DNA of 62,807 nucleotides, counting the filler, from Limisphaerales bacterium (GTDB lineage: Bacteria > Verrucomicrobiota > Verrucomicrobiia > Limisphaerales > SIBE01): the NCBI GenBank assembly GCA_044225505.1. It is 6 parts of 5 records of this genome, joined end to end, with 100 filler letters (N's around TTAATTAATTAA, not from the genome) between each part and the next. Parts side by side here need not be neighbours in the genome. Positions count along the whole stretch, not along the records: positions 28,719 to 46,075 come from JBGAIN010000012.1; 5 more parts are not named here. The stretch is one strand, 5' to 3'. Below are positions 32,594 through 40,570 of the stretch, in pieces (the first letter of the stretch is position 1; each line of letters opens with the position of its first letter). The notes under the pieces were generated by a model. It was not told the DNA's origin and did no database searches. It saw only the letters and a program-made list of their open reading frames with translations. Both the position numbers and the translations under genes were made by a program.

Positions 32594-33391
32594 GTGACCG
32601 TCGTGCGGAGAATCCGCCATCCAGGCGCTACCGGCCAGTGGTTCTGGCGTTGTGGATGCCTTTTCATTGGGTTGCTCACGGCTTTGGTTCATGCCGCGGG
32701 CGCAACCATTCAATTGTCAGCCGCCGCCAGTCTCGCGGACGCCGTTCGAGACATCGCCGCCACTTACGCTAAGCAGTCGACGAACAAGGTGGTCGTGAAC
32801 CTCGGTGCATCGAACTTCCTTGCTCGGCAAATCCAGGAAGGCGCTCCGGTAGACATTTTCTTCTCCGCGGATGAAGCCAAGATGGACGATCTTGAGAAGA
32901 GCGGTCTTGTGGAGCATGCCAGCCGCCGAAGCCTGCTTTCAAACACGCTCGTGATTGTGGTGCCCAAAGATGCAAAATTCCCCCTGACTTCGCCCTCGGA
33001 TCTAGCCACAGCACGAGTCAAACGATTGGCGATCGCCGAACCTCGCACGGTCCCTGCAGGTATCTACGCTCGCGAATACCTCCAAAATCAGAGACTCTGG
33101 TCCGCAGTACAAGAGAAGGTCGTGCCTACAGATAGCGTCCGTGCGGCCTTGGCTGCGGTGGAGGCTGGCAACGTCGAGGCGGGCATGGTCTACAAGACGG
33201 ACGCCGGTATTTCCAAGCGGGTTAAGATTGCCTTCGAAATTCCAGCCAGTGCCGGCTTGAACATCAGCTACCCAGTCGCGGTGATGAAAGGAGCTCCGGA
33301 AAAGGCCGCAGCCTACGAGTTCCTCACTTACCTAGGGTCTGATGAGGCCAAGACAATATTCGAAAAATTTGGTTTTAGTGTTCGTCGTTGA
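32594..33391 (+). CDS. modA: Molybdate ABC transporter substrate-binding protein
   Basis: SAAASL.DA, GASNFLARQI.EGAP.D.FFSAD, N.LV, P..VPAG.YA, G.VY.TDA, I.YP. Start is uncertain (GTG 32594 chosen). Confidence 0.93.
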   Translation: MTVVRRIRHPGATGQWFWRCGCLFIGLLTALVHAAGATIQLSAAASLADAVRDIAATYAKQSTNKVVVNLGASNFLARQIQEGAPVDIFFSADEAKMDDLEKSGLVEHASRRSLLSNTLVIVVPKDAKFPLTSPSDLATARVKRLAIAEPRTVPAGIYAREYLQNQRLWSAVQEKVVPTDSVRAALAAVEAGNVEAGMVYKTDAGISKRVKIAFEIPASAGLNISYPVAVMKGAPEKAAAYEFLTYLGSDEAKTIFEKFGFSVRR

Positions 33392-33403
33392 TTGATTGAG
33401 CCA

Positions 33404-34078
33404 ATGACTGGGGAAGAATGGCAAATCGTCGGTTTTACTGCCTGGGTCTCGGCCTTAAGCACTCTCCTGATTTTGCCTGTTGCGCTTGCCGTGGCCTGGG
33501 TTCTCGCGCGTTACGATTGGCCAGGCAAATCTCTGCTCGAGACCGTGGTCTCCCTGCCCCTCGTCATGCCGCCCGTAGCCACCGGACTATTGCTCCTCAA
33601 ACTCTTCGGCCGGCGCGGGGTCGTAGGAGCTTTTTTGCACGAATGGCTCGACCTGGATATCATCTTCACCTGGCGTGGGGTGCTATTGGCCTTGGGCGTG
33701 ATGTCCTTCCCACTCCTCGTGCGTTCTATTCGCATTGCGTTTGAGGAGGTTAATCCGCGTTTGGAGGAAATCGCCCGTACCCTCGGCGCCAGCGAGGTGC
33801 GAGTCTTCGCGACTGTTACGGTTCCGTTGGCTGTTCGTGGAATAGTCGCAGGTCTGATCTTGGCATTTGCTCGGGCTCTGGGCGAATTCGGCGCGACGAT
33901 TCTCGTCGCCGGCAATATCCCCGGGAAGACGTCAACCTTGTCGCTCTCGATTTTCCAGGCCGTCCAGATGGGGCATGATTCCGAAGCGTTTCGACTGCTC
34001 GGCTTTTCGACTGCGCTAGCGTTCACCGCCGTCTGGACAAGTGAATGGCTCCTGCTGCAAAAAAGGAAGAACGCGTGA
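33404..34078 (+). CDS. modB: Molybdate ABC transporter permease
   Basis: LPLVMPPVATG, EEIARTLGAS (EAA loop), FARALGEFGATI..AGNIPGKT. Confidence 0.95.
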   Translation: MTGEEWQIVGFTAWVSALSTLLILPVALAVAWVLARYDWPGKSLLETVVSLPLVMPPVATGLLLLKLFGRRGVVGAFLHEWLDLDIIFTWRGVLLALGVMSFPLLVRSIRIAFEEVNPRLEEIARTLGASEVRVFATVTVPLAVRGIVAGLILAFARALGEFGATILVAGNIPGKTSTLSLSIFQAVQMGHDSEAFRLLGFSTALAFTAVWTSEWLLLQKRKNA

Positions 34079-35008
34079 GTGTCATCCTGCGCCACATCTC
34101 TTTACCTCTCGCCAATTTCGCCCTAGAACTGAGCACCGAAATGAAAGGGCCGATCACGGTCCTCTTTGGCCCTTCCGGTGCGGGCAAGACTTCATTACTC
34201 GACCTTATCGCCGGATTGCGCTCTCCACTCTCCGCATTTATCCAAGTAGGAGACCACGTGCTCACGGACACGGAGAGAGGAGTTTCCATTCCGACCTATC
34301 GTCGCCGCGTCGGTTATGTGCCCCAAGACCTGGCGCTCTTTCCCAATACGGGTCGCTCTCGGACGCGCCTTGCTCGCGTCACCAAGGTTGCTCCTGCTCG
34401 ATGAACCGCTAGCCAGTTTGGATTTGCCACTCAAACGGAAGATTCTCCCGTACCTGGCAAGAATCCGTGATGAGTTTCGCATCCCCATGATTTATGTGAC
34501 GCACGATCGCTTTGAGACTCTTTCGCTGGCCGACGAAGTCATCGTCCTGATCAAGGGCCGGGTATCACAGAAAGGCCCCACTCGAGAGGTCTTTAGTCGG
34601 CCTGCTAATCTCGCTGTAGCGGGATTACTGACAGTTGAAACCATTGTGCCGGGTCGAGTGCTCGAGATCTCCCGCGGCCTGGCTGTCGTCGAAGTTGGGT
34701 CCATCCGGCTGACGGCCCTGGATCCGGATCTTCCCAGCGGCTCGAACGACGTTCACGTCTGCATCAACGCGGACGATGTTATCTTATTGCGGGGCCCTGA
34801 GGGCAAGCCGAGCAGTGCGCGCAATCACCTTGTCGCCCGAGTGGAAGCTGTCACGCCTGAGGGTTGGCTGACGCGCGTTGACCTCGATTGCGGATTTCCT
34901 TTAACCGCGTTTGTGACGAAACAGGCGTGCGAGGAACTGGGAGTGCGGGTTGGTGACGCATTGATTGCCTTGATCAAAGCGCCGAGCGTTCATTTGATTT
35001 CGCGCTAG
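34075..35008 (+). pseudogene. modC: Molybdate ABC transporter ATPase with internal deletion/frameshift
   Basis: Walker A GPSGAGKT and Q-loop GYVPQDLALFP are joined out of frame (~34345) to RVALGRALL.SPRLLLLDEP. The LSGG signature region is missing; two TOBE domains follow. Confidence 0.88.
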
Positions 35009-35098
35009 GCTATTCTTTCCGCTCGGTTTCCTTCGTGGCTGCGGTCGTGGTCAGTTCTACTCGCCGACCGGGCGCATCTCTGATAAGCAGAACATCAC

Positions 35099-38000
35099 GT
35101 GAAATCTCTCCTCTTTGCATTGGCGATTGGGCTGGCAATGACCACTCTGGCGATTCCGACAGCGCGCGCCCAAAATGCCGCCACGGGACTAAGCCATGCT
35201 CGGCCTGCCGCGAACGCGCCGAGCGGACTGGAGAAGATCAACGTCTTCTCTCAAAACTCAGACGGTTATCATACGTTCCGAATTCCATCGCTTTTGACGA
35301 CACCGCAGGGCGCCGTTCTAGCCTTGTGCGAAGGGCGCCGTCAGAGTGCGAACGATTTTGGGGATGTGGACCTGGTGTGCAAACGCAGCACGGATCACGG
35401 TCGAACCTGGACACCATTGCAAGTGATCTGGAATGACGGAACCAACACCTGCGGTAATGCCTGCCCGGTGGTTGATACTCCATCGGGTTATATCTACCTG
35501 CTGATGACCTGGAACCGCGGGGAAGACCGAGAACCCGCCATCATCGCGCGACAAAGCCACGACACTCGCCGCGTCTTTGTGAGTCGCTCGACGGACGACG
35601 GATTGACCTGGTCGACACCTCGGGAAATCACAAGCCAGGTCAAACGGGAAGACTGGACCTGGTACGCCACAGGACCGGGAGCCGGAATCCAAATGCAACA
35701 CGGCAACTACGCCGGCCGACTTGTCGTCCCTTGCGATCATATCGAAGCGGAATCCCGAAAGTATCGATCTCACATCATCTACTCCGATGATCATGGCGCA
35801 ACTTGGAAGTTGGGTGGGTCCGCGCCGCTGCCAGGAGTTAATGAGTGTGAGGTCGTGGAACTGGAGGGAGGTCAATTGCTGTTGAACATGCGCAATTACA
35901 CCCCGGACCAATTTGCTCGTCAGGTTGCCAGAAGCACCGATGGCGGCCAAACGTGGATTGACCAGAAGCACGATCCCGTCTTGATCGAGCCGATCTGTCA
36001 GGCGAGCCTCCGGCGTGTCGCTTGGGCAGCGGATGGGCAGCCTGGATTGATCTTGTTTTCCAATCCTGCGAGTCGACGACGCGAGAACCTAACCGTGCGA
36101 GGCAGTTTGGACGAAGGGCAGACCTGGCCGTTCCAGCAATCTATCGAGCCAGGGCCGAGCGCGTATTCCTGCCTAGCGACATTGCCAGATCACAAGATCG
36201 GAGTGCTTTATGAGAGTGGACTTCGATCCCCTTACGAAACTATCTTCTTGGCTCGCTTCACCCCAGGGTGGGTGACAAATCAATTGGGAACAATCGCGGA
36301 GCCGGTCGATGTCAATCCGTTCCCACCCGTTACGAAAGCGTCCATCTCCTTTCGGATTGGGGTTCCACAATGGTCGTCGGATTCTCGCTATCGAGAGCTG
36401 CTTGCCTGGTTTGAAAAATATAAGGACGTCACCGATGAACTCACGTTTTTCACGTCGGCTACGCATCCCCCACTGCCGATGGAGGAGATCCGTCAACGCG
36501 CCCAAGTTCTAGCCGGTCGGATAACTCAAGCAAAGAAATTGGGCTATCGCGCTGGCATCAACGTCCTCTCCACGATCGGGCACCACAACGAAAATCTGCG
36601 GAATTCATTGACCGGTCCCTACACTCGCGCGACCGATCCCGACGGCGCCGTTTGCCAAGGCTCCTTTTGTCCGAACGATGCTGCGTTCAAAGGTTATGTC
36701 CAAGAACTCTATCGAGTCGTGGCGGGAGCTAACCCAGACTACGTCTGGATCGATGATGACGTGCGCCTGGCCGGGCATATGCCGATTGGCTTGACCTGCT
36801 TTTGCGAACATTGCTTAGCTCGATTTGCCCAGGAGTCCGGTCGGACCTGGACTCGGCCTGGGCTGAAGTCTGCCCTATTTGACGGGCCCCTGGAAGGTCG
36901 GCTTGCCCTTCGTAAAGCATGGCTCGCTCACAACCGGACCAGTGTTGCGAGACTTCTCGGAATGATCGAACAAACAGTGCATCGTGAACGCCCCGGTTTG
37001 CCGCTGGGCTTTATGTCCGGAGAACGCTTCTACGAAGGATACGACTTCGATGGCTGGGCCCAGGTTCTCTCCGGACCGTCGCGGGCCCCTGTCTACTGGC
37101 GCCCGGGTGGTGGCTTCTACGAGGATTCGGCGACACCTGGGTTAGCAGGAAAATCGCACGAGATCGGGCGGCAAGTCTCGCTGCTCCCCCCGGATGTCCG
37201 CGCCATCCAATCTGAGATCGAGAATTTTCCCTATCAACTCCTTAAAAAGGCCGCCCGTACGACGGTCTTGGAAGCGGCATCCCATATGGCAGCCGGTTGC
37301 ACTGGGGCAGCCTTCAACGTCCTCTCCGGAAATGACGAACCTCTCGACGAATTCGAACCGATGCTTGCGGCAGCCCATGAAGCTCGTCCGTTCTTTGATC
37401 TGCTCGCCCGGAATTTCCAACGTCTCGCCCCGATTGGGCTTTGGGCGGCCTGGAACAAGGATTCCTGGGCAACCGATACGGGGATGCTCAGTTTGGCTCC
37501 CGCCCTTTGGGAAATCGGCCTACCCGCGGCCTACTCATCTTCAGCTGCCGCGGTCACGCTGCTTTATTCGCAAAACGTGGCAACCCTTTCGGACGCTGAG
37601 CTCAAGAAGGTATTGTCTGGCGGTGTTTATATGGATGCTGAAACCCTAGCAGCGATCAACCGTCGCGGATTGAGCCATCTCACTGGAATGGCTCCTGGCC
37701 AAGCCTTCGCGGTTGATGGCATCGAAGAAATGACGCAGCATCCCCTCAATGGCGCATATGGCGGTCGTCAGCGTGACAGTCGTCAATCGTTCAACCATCG
37801 CACCGCGCTTGGGTTAGAGCTGATCGACCCCACCGCACAAAGTCTCGCCCGATTGGTCGATTACGTCGGGCACGAGCTCGCCGCGTGCACGTTTGCTATA
37901 TTCGAAAACCAGCTTGGCGGTCGGGTCGCCGTTGCGGGCTATTTTCCATGGAGCTTCCTTCATAGCTTGAGCAAGACAACGCAGTTGAAATCAGTAATGC

Positions 38001-38296
38001 GCTGGCTATCGAAAGACCGCCTGCCGGCCTACGTCAGCTCGTTTCACAAAGTCAATGTCTGGGCGAGAGAATCCAAAACGGATGGACTGGCCGTCGCGAT
38101 CGTGAACTCGAGCTTTGATCCAGCAACCCAGCTCGATCTCGCACTACGAACGTCGTCCGAGCGCCTCGATACGTTTGATATGAAGGGCCTCCGCCAAACC
38201 ATCTCCGCAACCAGGAGGGAGGGACCTTACCAACATTTCGTTCTCCCCATCGTAGATCCGTGGTCGATGCGTCTGGTCACGACCGGTCCGCCGTAA
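35099..38296 (+). CDS. Secreted GH33 sialidase fused to an uncharacterised glycoside-hydrolase-like module
   Basis: Signal peptide, FRIP motif, five Asp-boxes (S.D.G.TW) and SAYS catalytic Tyr. A ~650-aa C-terminal part has FCPND, WIDDDVR, CFCEHC and EIENFP. Confidence 0.88.
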   Translation: MKSLLFALAIGLAMTTLAIPTARAQNAATGLSHARPAANAPSGLEKINVFSQNSDGYHTFRIPSLLTTPQGAVLALCEGRRQSANDFGDVDLVCKRSTDHGRTWTPLQVIWNDGTNTCGNACPVVDTPSGYIYLLMTWNRGEDREPAIIARQSHDTRRVFVSRSTDDGLTWSTPREITSQVKREDWTWYATGPGAGIQMQHGNYAGRLVVPCDHIEAESRKYRSHIIYSDDHGATWKLGGSAPLPGVNECEVVELEGGQLLLNMRNYTPDQFARQVARSTDGGQTWIDQKHDPVLIEPICQASLRRVAWAADGQPGLILFSNPASRRRENLTVRGSLDEGQTWPFQQSIEPGPSAYSCLATLPDHKIGVLYESGLRSPYETIFLARFTPGWVTNQLGTIAEPVDVNPFPPVTKASISFRIGVPQWSSDSRYRELLAWFEKYKDVTDELTFFTSATHPPLPMEEIRQRAQVLAGRITQAKKLGYRAGINVLSTIGHHNENLRNSLTGPYTRATDPDGAVCQGSFCPNDAAFKGYVQELYRVVAGANPDYVWIDDDVRLAGHMPIGLTCFCEHCLARFAQESGRTWTRPGLKSALFDGPLEGRLALRKAWLAHNRTSVARLLGMIEQTVHRERPGLPLGFMSGERFYEGYDFDGWAQVLSGPSRAPVYWRPGGGFYEDSATPGLAGKSHEIGRQVSLLPPDVRAIQSEIENFPYQLLKKAARTTVLEAASHMAAGCTGAAFNVLSGNDEPLDEFEPMLAAAHEARPFFDLLARNFQRLAPIGLWAAWNKDSWATDTGMLSLAPALWEIGLPAAYSSSAAAVTLLYSQNVATLSDAELKKVLSGGVYMDAETLAAINRRGLSHLTGMAPGQAFAVDGIEEMTQHPLNGAYGGRQRDSRQSFNHRTALGLELIDPTAQSLARLVDYVGHELAACTFAIFENQLGGRVAVAGYFPWSFLHSLSKTTQLKSVMRWLSKDRLPAYVSSFHKVNVWARESKTDGLAVAIVNSSFDPATQLDLALRTSSERLDTFDMKGLRQTISATRREGPYQHFVLPIVDPWSMRLVTTGPP

Positions 38297-38395
38297 ATAT
38301 TCGGCTCGGACGATTTCGAAGACAAGCGTCGTTCGGTCAGTACAGGGAACAGCCTATTGTGCGACCGAGCGTCATGGCAGCCCGCACGAATAGTC

Positions 38396-39433
38396 TCAGA
38401 CGCCGCCTTGATTCGTCGGATGTGCCCCTCCATCTCCTCGCCCTGCAACACTGGGTGGTGGAGAAGAGGGCCAGAACATCGGACGAATCTGAACCATGAC
38501 ATTGGCCAGGGTGATCAGGCCGCCACCCAGCAGTATCCGAGAAGTCGCTGTCTCATTCTCGTAGTCAACGCCAGCGAAATGTGAAAGCCAACCCGGAACG
38601 AACAGCGCAAACAGACTGGCGAAGACAGGTTCCGCCGCGTAGATCAATCCCGCTTCCACGGCAGGGACGATGCGCTGCCAATGGTTCATCAAGAGGAAAG
38701 CTACCATGGTCGGCAGCGCCACCAGGAGCCCCATCATCATTAGAACCGGAGCGGACGCATAAGCGAGTGTCCAATCCCCCGCGTCCCGCATGGTCAAAAA
38801 AGCAATCGGAAGCGCCACGAGTGTCATGCAGACAAACATCCCCAAGGTGAAGTGCCGAACAGAGTTTTCCTTGAACACAGGTCGCTCGAGCCAAAGAATT
38901 TGTCCGGCGAACACTACTGAACTGAGCAGCGTCTCGAACTCACCACGCCCCATTCGCAAGGATTGCCAGTCAAAATCCGCTAGCACCGCCACCCCGGCGG
39001 CGGCCACACCAGAACAAAGAAGGATAAAGGCCGATGGCATACGCCGATCGCGCGTCGCCACCGCCCACGGCAGAATCAAGCAGCCACACTGAGTGAGGAA
39101 CGCCGATACCGAAGCTGAGGTGTGAGCCAAGCCGTCAACCTGTAACACCATGCCCATTCCGGCTAAAACTCCCAAACCGATTCCTTGCCAAAGCTCTGAT
39201 GCGGTCATGCGAAGCAAGCTGGGCCAGCACCAGACGCCCATGATGAGCGCCGCCGTTCCAAACCGAACAGCCACCATGCTAGAGGCAGCAAACCAACTCT
39301 CTGCTGTTACTAAGAGCGATTGCTGCAGCTTGCCCAGCGCTTTCATCACCGGAAAACTGAGTCCCCATAAGACGGTGGCAAAAGTTAGCCATTCCGCCGC
39401 ACGGCGACGCATTCGTTGAGAATCACTCTGCAC
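38396..39433 (-). CDS. DMT/EamA family transporter
   Basis: LWGLSFPVMK, VRFG.AA, LQ.DGL.HTSAS.SAFLT, AGLIYAAEPVFA; about 10 TM segments. Confidence 0.88.
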   Translation of the reverse strand: MQSDSQRMRRRAAEWLTFATVLWGLSFPVMKALGKLQQSLLVTAESWFAASSMVAVRFGTAALIMGVWCWPSLLRMTASELWQGIGLGVLAGMGMVLQVDGLAHTSASVSAFLTQCGCLILPWAVATRDRRMPSAFILLCSGVAAAGVAVLADFDWQSLRMGRGEFETLLSSVVFAGQILWLERPVFKENSVRHFTLGMFVCMTLVALPIAFLTMRDAGDWTLAYASAPVLMMMGLLVALPTMVAFLLMNHWQRIVPAVEAGLIYAAEPVFASLFALFVPGWLSHFAGVDYENETATSRILLGGGLITLANVMVQIRPMFWPSSPPPSVAGRGDGGAHPTNQGGV

Positions 39434-39563
39434 AGCAGCGAGGGTACCATCAGTTGCGGCCTAAAAGAAACCGCGATTCGGTTGCATGGCTTTCATTTTT
39501 CAGAGAACCAGGTGCCGCCGCTCGTGGCAGTACGGAGAAAATGTTGGAGAAAGCCAAATCGGT

Positions 39564-39902
39564 TTAGTGATCCGCCGCCGGCAGTGACTGGCCGTCCGAA
39601 TGGCCTGCGAAGGCCGCTTGATGCTCCTCGATTCGGTCTTTGATACGACGAGCCGCTCCCTTGGTATGTCCGTGACTCGCGAGGGGATCGGTTCCGCCCG
39701 AGGATTCAATCAAGACGTCCGCCCAAATCAGCCCGGTCTTAATGTGCACGGAGGCAACGCGAGACAGATTAATGGTGATTTCATCCACCGTAAACCAGTG
39801 ACGCTTACGGCGCACCACGGCGCGGTCGTCAATCTCAATAACGGTTGGGAATAGAAAGTTGCCCTTCGTCCAACGGCTCGCCTGGAAGCGCTCTGTTGTC
39901 AT
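39564..39902 (-). CDS. Bacterial PH-domain-like small protein
   Basis: FQASRWT.GN.LFP..I.I....V...K.........I....VASV.IKTG..WADV.IESSGG. A perfect TATAAT lies on the minus strand at 39937-39942. Confidence 0.75.
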   Translation of the reverse strand: MTTERFQASRWTKGNFLFPTVIEIDDRAVVRRKRHWFTVDEITINLSRVASVHIKTGLIWADVLIESSGGTDPLASHGHTKGAARRIKDRIEEHQAAFAGHSDGQSLPAADH

Positions 39903-40570
39903 ACCCCACGGTTATCGGATTCCCAGTAGCAACTCAATTATAACTCGCAGACCCATTTCCAACTCTGCCGGAGGATTCAATAATTGAACGCCTCGGTGAG
40001 CGCTTGGTCGTGTTGTTCTGTGGCGACACCCCGAGCTAAGGTTTCGAAAGTCCTATTCCCCGGAAACGCGCTGTTGCGGTAGGGTTTGCCCATGCCTAAA
40101 AGTCGGATTGACCACCAACACGGGGACCCAAGCGTGCTACGCAGACTCCGACGTTCCAAGCGGTTTTCGGATTACTCTGCTGGGCCGGGGCATGGTCACC
40201 TTCGGTTGCCTCTTGGCTCGCGCGCAGTCTGCATTGATGGTCCGACCGAAAACTATTCAACGATCTCAGTGTTCCTGCGGACAAGCTCTTTCATTCCCTT
40301 CAAGCGTGTCAATTCGCTCGAGCTTGGCGTATCACCTAAGAGTAGAAACGGAGCTGATGCGTCGCCCAGGACGGCTGCACCCTCGCGTTTCGGCGTAGGT
40401 TAGACCTGAGAACAGCCTCAACAGAAGCGTCGCCGGTCGGGTAGCAAAGCAATCTCCAAATCGAAGTCCCTGTACCCTTGTCTGACAACCTGCTTCGCAT
40501 AATCCGTCGATGGAGCTTCCCTAGGCCGAGCCAAGGGTAGGACGCTCCATGCCGAACGCGATCCGACAAG

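Noticed and set aside
40060..40100. c-di-GMP-I riboswitch (GGGCAAACC on the minus strand)
   Set aside because: The downstream GNRA/GGGACGCAAAGC elements are missing.
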